64,000 nucleotides of DNA, from contig NC_058368.1 of the NCBI RefSeq assembly GCF_018350175.1, positions 64,916,001 through 64,980,000 of the forward strand, given 5' to 3'. The DNA is from Felis catus. Its lineage: Eukaryota. A program made the translations under genes and the position numbers. The notes under the pieces were generated by a model that was not told the DNA's origin, searched no databases, and worked only from the letters and a program-made list of their open reading frames with translations. This document shows, in pieces, positions 38,391 through 51,800 of this stretch. Position 1 is the stretch's first letter, and the number at the start of each line of letters is the position of its first letter.

Positions 38391-39289
38391 TCAGAAAGAG
38401 AAAACTATTTCTTGTGGTAAACACTCTACAAGCCTATATCCACAATTACATTCATCTGGAAGATAAAAAAAATAAAACTTTGGCTAATTATTCTTTATCC
38501 CAGTATATTTTGCATGGCATGGATCAAAAAGAAGTAAACTTTGATCAACGATTTACTCTTACGAAGCTTTTAGCTCACTTTTTGTCCAAGGTGAAGTAGA
38601 AATTTTAAAACCTTTTCTTTTGTAAATCTTTTGTAAAACACAAGTCAGACAGACTGTATAATTCAGCATCCAATTCTACCTGGGGAACTAAGACTTGTCC
38701 TAGAGAGGGAATTTGAAGTTCTGTTGATCTCTATGATCTCTGATCAAATATGTATAGCCCTGTTCCTGGGAAAGCCCCTTCTCTATATAGAATAATTGCA
38801 CAATCCACGTGCCTGAGTGTTCTTCCTTTCCAAAAGGCATTAAGAATGAAGAATTTAAACTGTAGACATTTCATAACTTAGAGTCAATATAAATTTTCAC
38901 TACATTTTTAAGTACACTGAGGATATTCCTAAAATTGTATGTGTCCTAAAAGAGCAGAATTAGTACAAGATATATATAATCTGCCAAATGGAAAAAGATA
39001 AAGTCAAGGGTAATACAACATAATTCTGAAAGCACAAAAACAAGGCAAATATTAATGTAATATGTTTTATGGGCTATCGATGGTCACTTTCATAACTCTA
39101 GTTGGCATTTTCCTAAAGTAATAAATTGCCAAAATAGCCCCAAGTTATATTGGACATGTATTACTGTATGTAAATATGACATGAGTATACACTAGCAACA
39201 ATCATAGGTAACCCTTACATAGCACACATATCAAATGCATACCAAATAAAGTACCAAGAATGATGTCGAACAAGAATTTTATACATTGA

Positions 39290-40080
39290 TTTATTTCATT
39301 ATGTTCCTTTAACTTAGTTCTTTCCTTTAACTCCCATCATCATACCCACCTATTATGCTGTGTTCATGGGCAGTCTTTTAGTGTTATTTATGTGTCTTTG
39401 TAACATCTATATCATTTTAATGTCCATGTATTTTGCTATATATAAATGTCATTATGCTACGGATCTCATTCTGGTTCATACCTTTTCATGCAGTGTTATT
39501 GTTTCCATACTTATTCATATGTCATCAATACATAAAATCTATTCATTCTAAAATACCATATTTTTCTTTGGAATACATTTTTTCATTTATCTATCCATTT
39601 CCCAGTGGTGTGCCTCAGAGTGATTCTAGTACGTTTCTGGTATAAACAAAGGTCCAGTGAATATTCTCATGCCTAGGTACAGGTACAGTTAATTTGATCT
39701 TTGGAGTCTGAGAGTTCCTATATTTTAACATTCCTGCATACACTTTAGTTAATGCCACCATAACTGGTATAAAAATATAACTTATTGATGTTGTGTGTTT
39801 CTTGTATTACTAGTGAGTTTAGGCAAATTTCATTTGCTTGTTTCATGTCCTTATTGAGTTCCTCTTCTATAGACCAGCTCATATTCTTGGCCATTTTTCT
39901 ATAAGGTTCACTGACTTTCTATTGTTGCTTTGCAGGAGTTCTTGTATATTCTCATTCTCATTAGTCCAAGATATTTCAAATACTCTTTTCCTATCTGTCA
40001 TCTATCTATATGTATTTTCAAGTTAACTTGTTGGAGCAAATAATATTAGTGTAATAAAATTCATTAATATTTTTCCTTCA
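39290..40080 (-). mobile_element. Old L1ME 3' region
   Basis: Antisense L1ME-like phrases (tttatctatccattttccc, tattactagtgagttt, ttggccatttttctat, caggagttcttgtatattct). Confidence 0.65.
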
Positions 40081-43000
40081 GTTTGAAAATCAGTAGTGAA
40101 GCTACTAATTAAACTTATCATTTAAGTACATGTCTGTGTAGGCCTAATAAGTCTTGGGGGGGGTCTCCTCCATCTAAAAATGTATGTAATGGGAGACAGG
40201 AGCAGATACAGGAGGAATGCAAAGAGAAAGCTAGATATTGTTCAGCTCTGACAATCAAGTGTAGGATTTTGCATCCAGACAGCAGCCTTTCAAGACATGA
40301 CTATCAAAAGAGGATTTTTTAAATTATATTCTGTGGCTACCATTTAATACATAATGGCTAATACTGGATATTTTCAAATCAGAGTTCTCCTAAACTATAG
40401 TAAAAAAATCTCTGGATGCCATTTAGTCTTATTTATTAGGTTGGAAGACAGAGATCATGACCTAGAAGAAAAGCTGACCACTTTTTGGTCTGTGAGATGT
40501 TGGCAAATGATGAGAGAAAAAGCTATGGTAGATAAGGGGTGTTTTAAAGTTTCCAACTCTGAATTGCAAGACAGAGAAAGGGAGCAACATTTGCTAATGA
40601 TAGCAAGTCCTGTTCCCACTGTAGTTTGAAACTTTGGGAATGAATTGCTTTGTGTGTTCACTCATAACAGCCTGGGTTACGTTAGAGGCAGTAGTTAGTA
40701 CAATGTCTTTACTTTTCTCAAGTCTTCTTGGTTCTTGAACAACAGAGTTGGGACCTACGTTTCCAGAGAGCACCGACTGGAGAGTCAGTAGAGACTCTGC
40801 AGCATTGACATGAAGGCTATCGAACAGACCTCCAGGATGAAAACTGTATGGGAGACAAAATCAGTAATAAGATGGGTGGAGTAAACCAGAGAGTTTAAAG
40901 GGACCTGGACAAAGTGACAGAAAATAAGAGAAAAGGAGAGATGAGAGTTCAGGTTCCCCCAAACACTGCCAGACGAAAGAGGCGTAAAATATCCTGGGGG
41001 AGGTACGAGACACCATACTTGAGGACTTCAACTCTTCCCTGTTATACAAGATACATACCCTAGTGGCCACACAGACAAATCTTAAGGAAAAAAGTACGGG
41101 AACCTCACATCTGAGATTCTGAATATTCTCATCCAAAAGAAACTAAGCTCCACCAAATAAGATGGTTCAAGTTAATGTTCACTCTCCACCTTATTCCACC
41201 ACATTCCCGCACCAGCTGCTGAAGGCTTAAAAGGAAGACGAGGTTGGTTACAGACAAAATAAAGAAGCTGCTTTTTTCCCCTTGCACATCTGCGTGGCAG
41301 TGTGACTTAAACATTCCACTCTTTCGTATAAATATAAGGCAACTCACAGATTGTAACCACTTAGTGTTAAAAATACCTTTGTTTCATTTGGTTATTTAAA
41401 ATTAGCCATTCATACCAAGGTCATCTTTCACGAGGTCAGTTAAGTCATATTTGAAACTGCCAGATGTTTCACCCTATGTTGACATGTTTGCCCAGTTGCA
41501 TGCAAAACATCTGGCTGACTGATTAAATTTTGCACTTTTTTACTCTATGTTTGATATGATATAGGCTCAGTCTAACACTTAGAAATGGCACAATATAATC
41601 CAACGCAGCTGTGAATCATTTAGTGCTGTTTTGGATCCCCCGGACCTCCATTTGTCTTATGATGATCTTTGGTGGAGCGTGACCACGCACAGTAGGAAAA
41701 CTCAACTCAGCTCTAACGTACTATTGGAACGATCCTAGAGCTCTGGCTGGAACTTTGTGAAAATGAGGATAATCCTCCACCTCACATTCAAAGCTGTCCA
41801 CTAAAACTTCACAAGCATGGCATTAAATTAAAATGCACCCTCGGGAGACATTCACTGGGGCAGATGTACTATGAAGCGTCACCTCCCAATTTAGTCAGGG
41901 AAGCGAAGTGAGAAACGGAAACAGATATAAATATAAATCTAGGCAAACACCACATCCATGCCCAGAAGAAACTACAAATGCCCATATGTACCTCAGAATC
42001 TATATCCAGAATTCTGAAAGTGATGCATCACATTGTCAAGACACTTCCTCAAACAAGAGTCATTTTACTTAGGTGTTTTGACAAGGGAAATCGTTTCGGA
42101 AAGTGGGTTTGGTCAGACACAACAAGTTACTCCCATAAAAGTACCAGTTCATACAAATATCACAAAGTATTATTTCAAATTAAGGCATTTATTTAAATGG
42201 CATGTTTTCATTTCAGAAGATGGTCTGACTTGTTACAGAAATAAATTTTATTCTAAATATGCTGAATGTGGACATGGAATAAAATCTCAAATTCGAAAGT
42301 ATATTTTGTTTTGCCAGAGCATGGATTTGGCAGGACCAATGCATAGGACAACACCCTCAGGTCTTAATATTATTTTAAAAAAATACAGTTCTTAGTGGAG
42401 AAACTTTAATTTCATTTTTTTTATTCATCACTGCCTCTAGAACTAAATATCCTTGAATAATTAATTCAAATATTAAATATATTGGTAATACAAAAAAAAT
42501 CGCATATAAAATACTACACTGCTTTAGATTCTGAATGGATGCCACTTAAAGTTGTCTAGCATTAGAACCCAGTCTCTGCTACTTGGCTGTTTTATTTTTA
42601 CATCTTCCTGATTTTTTTATAAAAAATATGAAAGAAAATAATTATTAAAGTGAGAAAAGATATAAACAGTATAAAAATTGAGGGCTTTTTTGGTTGTTTT
42701 GTTTTTTAATGGTGGCATTTGCAGATTCTACAGTATAAAATCTGTTAAATTCTTAAAATTTTTACATTATATTTATGGACAGCTTCTAATACAAGTTAAG
42801 AGTTTTGGTCCAATGCAAGATATAAAGCATAAGAGTCATTAAGGCACTTGGAGGCGTTAAGTGTAATGTAAAAAACAAGTCAAGAAAATTCAAAGTGAGG
42901 CTCTCATGACCTCATAACTACCAGAACAGCCATTGTCTCTAATTGAATATGCAACTGCCCCACCGTATTTGATTAATGATGTGTACTTGTATAAATGTCC

Positions 43001-44434
43001 TTGGCTGTGTCATCATTCCCATCTTACATCTTAAATCAGATTAATCATTTTCTATGTTCCTTTTCCACGTTTCATCTCTAGGTTAAGACTGGTCTACATA
43101 AGCCAAGAATAAATTGAAATAGGATGTGCTGGAAATGTTTGATACATATCCTTGGATCTTACAAAATTCACCTCATGATATCCTTTTATATTTCCATATT
43201 TTTCTGTATTGGAGATGTTAGAGGCTTGGTTCACATGATTTACCCAGTCAAAAGCTCATAGATAAATGGTCCAGCAATTAAATGATTCTGATTATAGTCT
43301 CTCAAAACAGGGACATGAGCTCTCTATATTGTTTACATATCCATTTCCAGAATAATAATGGGACATAATGTGAAATAAGCCACATTCAGAAAGTCAATAT
43401 TTAAATGTATATTCAGAACCCTGATATTAAAATCAATAATCATTTTACATGTTACGTTTTTTAACACTTTATACAATCACTGTGAGTTTTATTTATTGAG
43501 AATTATAAAAAGCCACCATTTTCAGATGATTTATTTTCAGCCACACTTGGAACTCTATGAAATGGGAACAAAAAAACCTTTAAATATATAAATATTACAC
43601 AAGCTTTTAGACTATGAAATGGTAAAACATTCAAATTCCCCAAATATTAACTGTAAATAATTTTAAAATATGGTTCATCTTTTTTTAGGGCAAATTGAGA
43701 ACGAGTTCTGCCAGAGAAGTAGAACATATTTAACTTGGAAAAAGAAAAACTGCCCTTTTATTTTTAAATAAGAGTTTTCTGTTTTAGAGCGGTGGTACTT
43801 GGCTGTTTCAACGTAGATCTGTTTGATTACAAATCCAAAGAAAATGTTCTGAGAACAGTCTACTTGTTTGCTCTAGGTTTAGAACTTGATGTAAGCCTCA
43901 TTCGGTTGGTGAAAGCTTACTTTCACAAAGATTTCATGTTCGCAAATAACACCAGGAAATGATCCCAGTGAGAAAATTACACAAAGTCGTATTCATGACT
44001 AGGTTTGGTTTAAATTGGTAAAATGATCATATTAAACTGTTGCTGTGTAGTAGGTGTACGACAGATTTTAATTGCCCTAAATTAAGGTAAATCATCATTC
44101 TCTGTATAAAGAAATCTGCCTTGAGAGTATTTTCACACTATTTTTTAGTTATTTATTTTTACTTAGGACATATGTATCATTCAAAATTATTTATTCCAAA
44201 ATATCTAATTCAAATAGGTCTTTTGGGGCCATAATATTTCATTACAAGATTACTCCCATTTCCAGCCTGTGAGCTCCATGAGCTCAATGAGCTTAGAAAC
44301 ATCCTTTTATTTGTCTGTATTCAAAGAAATGATCCAGGCAACTGTTCATTTAGATTAAGCTTGTTAAATTGTTAAATGACTTTAGTAGCCTTTATGTCAA
44401 GAAGTCATAGACTCATAGAGATGAAGTTTATAAT

Positions 44435-45060
44435 AATCTCGACTCTTAGAGTTGCAAGTAACAAAAAATACAACTAAAACCACCTTAAAGCAAATAAGAA
44501 ACTTAATGATTCCATGCAATAGAAAAGCCCATGAGTATGTCTGACTTCAGGCATGTCTGGATCCAGGAGTTCCAATCGTGTCACCTGAACACACTCTCCA
44601 TATTTTAAGATATGGTTCTCTTTACCTATTGATCTCTCTCCCACTGGTAAGCTAGAAAAAAGTAGCCTCAACTAATTACCCTCACAGTTTATATGCAAAA
44701 GTAATTGTGACTTTTGAGACCAGAAACAGAAAAGTCCTGATGAGAACTCAGTTTGGCATTGATTGAAACATGTGCCCGGGGCGCCTGGGTGGCGCGGTCG
44801 GTTAAGCGTCCGACTTCAGCCAGGTCACGATCTCACGGTCCGTGAGGTCCGTGAGTTCGAGCCCCGCGTCGGGCTCTGGGCTGATGGCTCAGAGCCTGGA
44901 GCCTGTTTCCGATTCTGTGTCTCCCTCTCTCTCTGCCCCTCCCCCGTTCATGCTCTGTCTTTCTCTGTCCCAAAAATAAATAAATGTTGAAACATGTGCC
45001 CAACCCTAAATTGATCGCTGTCCAAGTAGACGGGTGACCAACAATATATGTTCTGCTCTT
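44435..45060 (-). mobile_element. MaLR LTR (MLT1K-like), interrupted by a young SINE
   Basis: gttgcaagtaacaaaaaatacaactaaaaccaccttaaagc...gacttcaggcatgtctggatccaggag. Confidence 0.7.
44778..44989 (+). mobile_element. Young SINEC_Fc
   Basis: CpG-rich near-consensus body (ggggcgcctgggtggcgcggtcggttaagcgtccgacttcagccaggtcacg); direct repeat ttgaaacatgtgccc at 44763-44777 and 44987-45001. Confidence 0.97.
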
Positions 45061-46249
45061 AGAAATCATCCACTCTCACCTTTTTTTTTTAAATAAGGAA
45101 ATGGAAGCCAGGAAGTTATTCAACCAATATTACACAGTAAGTTACTGACATAGTTTGAGCTAAAATAATTTCAACAATGAGATAGGTTGCATAGTGAATT
45201 AAAAGACATGGAAAGAGATAATAGTATTTACCTACATTTATCAACATTATCCACGTGTTCAAATATGAAAATAGTTAAACACAGAGTTCAATTTTATTGT
45301 GAGTTGTTAAAGTTCAACTTGGCATTTGTGTGAATGCATTTCTTAAGCAACTGTTTTCTATCTGGCATTTATTTGAACATACATAAAGATGTTAGAACTA
45401 AAAACTATAAAGCAAACTACCAAGCCAATGGATTAAGTTTCCAAGTGGTTGTATAGTGGATTTCCTTAAGATGGTTAAAATAAAAATATTTTTATTTGTA
45501 TTTCTAATCTTATACTTAAACACTAATGTTCATAACAGACTATTGCTATCACAAGTGTGTGAATAAAGTAACTACTTAATATTTTATTTATTTTCACCTT
45601 ACCTAAAATCCATAGTCCTTACCCGAGCTAAGAAGTTCTACACATTTCAGTGACTATTCATCTCTTTTGACATTGCCCTCACTCTCTCTCCTCCTCATCC
45701 ATCCCAATCCATACTTCCCATGTCTTAAGGGATTCAAGATGGCTCCCAGAAATACTTACAATATAGCACATGAAACACATTTAACAGTGAGGAAGAGCAA
45801 GTTTGGAAACTTAAATAAAACCTAGATTTGAGTCACTATAAAAATGTATTCCTTTAAAACTTATAATCTCTGAGGAAGATGAGCTAGATATTTGAATTTG
45901 AGCTTTTCAGAAGCCAATAGAAAGAGGAAAACTAGATATGATTCACAATATCTATACAAGCAAAAGGAAACAAATTGCTTAGGAACATCTGTGACTCTCC
46001 CCAAGCCAAAAAGAATTGCTACAGAACACCTCATGACTACTGAGCAGTGAATTCAATTCTCCCAGGTAACAGAATGGCATGCAAGGTGATAGCATGACAC
46101 CAAAGCATATTTCAGAAAAAGTAAATTGATGTAGAGTCAAATGTTGTGATCTAAATACCTGGTCCTCTGATTATCTAGTTAACCTTAGAACAGATTTTAG
46201 AAAACATTGATGAATAGGTAATCTAGACATACTTCCCTCAGTTGTTCAT

Positions 46250-46810
46250 TAGTTAACTCATTTCGTGAAAAACTTTATTTTCTTCCTTATTCTTCATACT
46301 ATGGAATAGAGGGTATAAAATATAGGGGGAAAAAAAAGACCCTGGTCTATCTTGAACTCATAGTCTTAGAAGTGATACAAACATGAAACAAGTTTTTATA
46401 ATACATTGTGATTAGTATTTAATTGTAATAGTTGAAATATTCGGTATAGAATATTCTTGCAGAAAATGCCAAGTTAGATAAGGAGGTCAGAGACAGCTTC
46501 ATGAGAGAAGTTATGTGAGTATGGAATGGAAAGGTAAATAAGTGTCAGATGGCGAGTTGAAATTGGAGAGGCAGGAACCAGTTCATATGGAGCCTTAGAA
46601 GGCTGAGAAGTTGGCATTTCATTCAAAGACAAATAGAAGCCATTGACAGATAGTAAGTAGAAGGACAGTTTAATCTGACTTGAATTTGTGATGCTTATAA
46701 ATCAGAAAAGTATCAGAGATGGTCTGGATTAGGGTAGTGATAGTAAACTTGCACAAGTGTGAATGGATTCAAGAGTCAGAAGGTAAAATTGCCAACACAC
46801 AGGACTTTGT
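46250..46810 (-). mobile_element. LINE-2
   Basis: gaactcatagtcttagaagtgatacaaacatg...ggaggtcagagacagcttc...agaagccattgacagatagtaagtag. Confidence 0.65.
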
Positions 46811-47395
46811 TGGAGAGGAGAAACATTTCATTTCCTGGAATTTAATAGATTAAAAAGCAAATTGCCTATTAAGATGTGATATATTAGTTAGTTTTATTGC
46901 CTATTAATTCATAAAAGCCATGCCATCATCAGGTAAGAGAATTTTTAACTCTCTATTTCAATGGTAGCGGGAAAATAGACACATTTTACCCAAACATGTT
47001 ATGAAATTATAGTTTACAAGATTTAAAAGGGGGAACTGAAGTGTACCACTGTTGTATCCTGATAGATATTGTTATAGGATTTCCCCAAAGACCATTCCTA
47101 CTGACCCTGATTTCCAAAGTTATATTAAGGGGAAAGTTGTCCACCATCATCAGTGACATAGTATCTGTATAGAAATAATCAAGTTAGTCCATAATCAACT
47201 GCTGTCCCACAGAGTCAACAGACCAAGAAAAGTGCAATGAAAGCTTAAAAAAAAAAATCAATGCCATTCCTAATAGATTCCTTCACATTGTGACAAAGAA
47301 GATAGCAGAATCAATAGCAGCATAGCTAATCCAAAAACCTTATATCCATTCTTCCACATACAATATTGGCCTGGAAGACCCCAAAATGAAAATTT

Positions 47396-47397
<2 letters not shown>

Positions 47398-47440
<43 letters not shown>

Positions 47441-47453
47441 GTGTGTGTGTGTA
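47398..47453. repeat. (CA)n followed by inverted (TG)n microsatellite
   Basis: tacacaca...cacatatgtgtgtgtgtgta. Confidence 0.95.
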
Positions 47454-47929
47454 TTTTTTAAAACATGACATATATTTTAGAATAAATGTATAATAAGCCA
47501 ATGAGTCTCTAATTTGAGGCTATCATTTTGGAAATTGAAATAAACTATACTGTATATCCTAACACACATGACCATATTATAAGATTGTTAAGGTGCCAAA
47601 GTTGGCAAGAATGAAACCTACCATTCCAAACAAAAGCAAGGAATTATTCTGGAGCACATCCAGTAGTTTTAGATTTTTAATCAACTGTATTCGTTAGTTC
47701 TGACTAAGAAGAGAGAATAAGAAAAAGCCTTGACTCTATTTGTGTTGAGCTTGGTTTGTAAAGCTGAGAATAGCATTTTAAAAGCAACTCAGAGTTAAGC
47801 CTCTAAATTTTTATTCAACAAATCAATACCAAAAAATCCATAATACAGAATCTGTCCTTATTATTGGATTAAAAATCAAGTTTAGTTTGAAACACTTATT
47901 TTTTCAAAGGTTTTATATTTTAAGTAATC

Positions 47930-48018
47930 TCTACATTTTTATACTTTTTATACTTTATACTTTAATATTTTTTATACATTTTTATACTTTTTATAAAGTT
48001 TTATAAACTTGTAAACTT
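47930..48018. repeat. T-rich low-complexity repeat (tatacttttta units)
   Basis: tacatttttatacttttta occurs twice, with shorter variants. Confidence 0.7.
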
Positions 48019-48504
48019 TGTCTTTCTCTGTATGACTTATTTCACTTAACACTCTCCAGTTCCATCCACGTTGCTACAAAAGGCCAGATTTCATTCTTTC
48101 TCATTGCCACGTAGTATTCCATTGTGTATATAAACCACAATTTCTTTATCCATTCATCAGTTGATGGACATTTAGGCTCTTTCCATAATTTGGCTATTGT
48201 TTAAAGTGCTGCTATAGTGAAATAAGTCATACAGACAAAGACAGATACCATATGTTTTCACTCTTATGTGGATCCTGAGAAACTTAACAGAAGACAATGG
48301 GGGAGGGGAAGGAAAAAAAAAAAGGTTAGAGAGGGAGACCGCTAAAGCATAAGAGACTCTTAAAAACTGAGAACAAACTGAAGGTTGATGGGGGGTGGGA
48401 GGGAGGGGACGGTGGGTGATGTGTATTGAGGAGGGCACCTGTTGGGATGAGCACTGGGTGTTGTATGGAAACCGATTTGACATAAATTTCATATTTAAAA
48501 AAAA
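48019..48504 (+). mobile_element. Felid L1 3' end with a 5' inversion (48019-48215 inverted)
   Basis: Antisense ORF2 C-terminal piece joined at 48215/48216 to sense ORF2 end and 3' UTR ending gacataaatttcatatttaaaaaaaa. Confidence 0.92.
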
Positions 48505-48789
48505 GTTATAAAGTTTGTAAAAGCACAACTTTATATAAATCCATAAATGTGCTCATACAATACACAATTGTTATTGTATTATAATATGGCTAGTTTTGGG
48601 TGTGTGTTGAATAACACATTCTCCTTCTTGCTATCTTCCCTTCTAACACTCAAGTAAACTTTATATTTACTTGATCGTCAAATAACAACATACAGATGTC
48701 AACAGCAATCATGTTTTTCTTCTATAAAAGTAGGTACATAGACTCATTTTTCTGAATCTTAATGTTTTCTGAACCTTAAGAAATTCCTC

Positions 48790-49730
48790 CAACTCAATCT
48801 GGTTTGCTCCTGTTATTTTTGATGGTTGTATAATACTTGATACCAGTAGTATATCATAAATTTCTTTAAGCATTTTCCTACTAGGTGACACTCACTTCGT
48901 ATCATCTTTGTGTGTGAATGATTACATAAATTTGGCAACAAACATCTTCGGGTATATATCTTAATTTAGTGGTATTTCTATGAACTAGTTTTCTAGGAAA
49001 AGGACTGTTAGGTTTAGGGGTATGATTAATATATACATATGTCTTTAACATTGCAAGAATTCTTTTCAACAAAATCTTGAACAACTGACATCTTCACCAG
49101 AAATAAAATTTAACATGTCTCTTCCTATATCCCCAACAGCAGAGTGTGTACGTTGTGAGGGCTTTTATGTGTTTAGCCGGTCTAACTGGTATAACATGCG
49201 ACTTCATGGTAGATTCAGTCTTCACTTCACTGATTTCTAGTTTCATTCAATATTGCTCTTATCACAGGATTCTGTGTCCTCTAAGATTTTCTTGCATGGT
49301 TTTTATTGTTTATATTTTTTCACTTAAATTTGTATTCCATTTTTAATTTGTTTTGAAATATTTTGTGATATTAGAATCCGATTTTATATTCTTCCAGATG
49401 GATAACTGGTTGTTCCAGAACCGTTCATTTTAGACCCGTGTTATTCTCACAGCCTTAGTTTGTTTTAATTATTAAGTTGTCAAAAATGTATTTGTTTCTA
49501 CTATTTTGTATCACTGCTATTTTTTAGGACGTTTCCATATATATTTCATTACAGTAATTTTACAGTATGCTCAGATGCCCAAAAAAGGCAAGCCTCCACC
49601 CTTGTTTGTTTGCAGGTTTTGAATGTTGTCTCAATTTTATTTCCGCACTTATTCCTCCATGTGATATTCTTCCACATAATACTTGAAGAGATTCAAGAGT
49701 AACCCAAAATATCTATCATTTTAATATGAC
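48790..49730 (-). mobile_element. Old L1ME fragment
   Basis: Antisense ORF2-like phrases (ttccagatggataactggttgttccagaaccgttcatt). Confidence 0.6.
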
Positions 49731-49759
49731 ATATATCCCAACTTAATATATTTAGAAAC

Positions 49760-49909
49760 AACTTACATTGGTGGTCATCACTGTAAAGAGCCACATAAGT
49801 GACTTAGATGCTCAAATGCAAGAAATATCTCAAAATCAATATAAATAGATGGAAATCACAATTAAAAATACGATTTAGAAGATATATCCACTAAGAAGAG
49901 CAAAATAAA

Positions 49910-49943
<34 letters not shown>

Positions 49944-50260
49944 CGCAATAATATTATAGAAAAAAACCTCCCTAATTATTAAAATGGCTTATCAATTTCT
50001 AAGAATGGGGAAAAATATTCTTATATCTAGTCACATCCCAAGAAAGCTTCTAATAACTAAGATAAAAAGAAAACCTTACAAGCTTTCAGACTGGGGAAAG
50101 ATGAAATTTCTTACAGTGGATAAATAATGAAGCTGGTGTTGACTTCATATCAATTTTACTAGAAATGAGGAGATACTGGAATAGCATCTATAGATTCCTG
50201 AGAGGAAGGATAGACACTGCAAGATATACCCAACCAAACTAATATCTATAAGAATTCAGA
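49760..50260 (+). mobile_element. HAL1 or L1 ORF1-like remnant containing (GA)n at 49909-49943
   Basis: atatctagtcacatcc...aagataaaaagaaaaccttacaagctttcaga...tggaatagcatctatagattcctgagagg. Confidence 0.5.
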
Positions 50261-50817
50261 GAACAAGGCCTTCCACTTCGCTGTAAGACCAAGGAGAAAA
50301 CACTGGGGGGGGGGGGGGGGGAGGGGACAATTAATAATTAACAAAGATAAAGCATCTTTTAGAAGGCGGCAGAAAGCTGCTAAAACAGTGATAACTAGAG
50401 AATCTCAGATCCCAGAAAGGGGAGAACCATTAAAAGAGCTGATTCATGCAGCAGATATCAGCTGCAAAGCAGGAGAATTTGCCAACAAGAGCCAAAGAGT
50501 GGATGGAGATTCCAGCTGTGCACCCACAGAGGCACGCCCCTATAGCGACAGAAAACCAAACGTCCTAATTTTCTCTCAAGATGTTTGCTGAATCCTGGGT
50601 CTGTACATTGTAGAGGAAGGGCTTAAAATAGAGGAAGAAAACTTCTGAGAAGTAATAACATCACAGTCAATAATCTCAAGAGGTAAATCAGAGTTTAAAA
50701 CCTGTCAAAAGGAGGTGCCAGAGAAAATAGACTAGATTCTTAACTCCCGGATGGCCAGGGTAAACCAGAGGTAAGTGTGCCTCATCTAGATCATAATCCA
50801 GATTCTACTCAGTCTAG

Positions 50818-51003
50818 TTTTTTTTTTTAATGTTTATTTATTTTTGAGAGAGAGAGAGACACACTCACACACAGAATCGGAACCAGGCTGCAGAATCTGA
50901 GCTGTCAGCATAGAGCCGAATGTGGGGCTAGAACTCACAAACTGCGAGATCATGACCTGAGCCCAAGTTGGACGCTCAACCAACTGAGCCACCCAGGCAC
51001 CTC
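50818..51003 (-). mobile_element. SINEC_Fc2-type SINE
   Basis: T tail, (GA)n, gagatcatgacctgagcccaagttggacgctcaaccaactgagccacccaggcacc. Confidence 0.92.
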
Positions 51004-51800
51004 TTAGTCTCATTCTTAATTGGGCTTAAAGAGATCAGCCATAGCTCTTTCTCTAGAAGATGGATGGTAAACCTACTCTATAAGAAAATAATATAGTCTG
51101 GGGCATCTATAATTTTTATACCCAATTCAAGCAAAATTTAGTAAACACGTGAAAAGATGGGAACATATAACTGAAATCTAAGAGAAGAATAGACCCTAAG
51201 TCCCCAGTGGGTACACTATGGTGATAACTGACTAGTCATAAGAAAAAATTATATTAATTGCAATGTTTAATACAATAAAGGATTTATATATGCACTTATG
51301 TGTTTGTTACATTTAAATACATTCCTGAGATATAAGTCCTCTTAATGAGGTATAAGCATTGTCAAGCTAATGTTTGATTATATTACCATTTATCCACAGC
51401 CCAAACTCTCCTACATAACTTCTCATTTTCCTTTCTATAAACTTCCAAATTCTACTCGAAATCTCATTGAATAGGAATATCCAGACCACATGTCACTTAA
51501 AAACCTAACCATTTTCTTCATTGCATGAAAATTGGCTTATTGTGATATTATTGGCATAAAGATAAGGCTTGTTAACCAAAATAATCAAGAATGGAGCTTG
51601 TATATATGATTCACAATCTAAATATTGGCTCTTTTTTGTAGACTTTTGACTATATTCTTGGCTCATTACTTTCTTGTAATCATCAGAATGCCATAATCAA
51701 ATCATCTTTTTCTCTTAATATGTTGGAATTTCCAAGTTTAATGCTGACGCAAAAAGTTTCTGCCTGCCAAATTATACACACCTAATTCTGCTCACCACAC

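Noticed and set aside
41978..42395. Overlapping 72-aa and 120-aa ORFs
   Set aside because: No recognisable domain or convincing splice context; consistent with chance ORFs.
44763..45069. SINE-derived ORFs and an apparent CpG island or tRNA gene
   Set aside because: CpG richness and A/B boxes come from a young tRNA-derived SINEC; the same applies to 57862-58089, 36577-36789 and 55613-55801.
50306..50327. Poly-G run as a G-quadruplex element
   Set aside because: A homopolymer within decayed repeat sequence; common and error-prone in assemblies.
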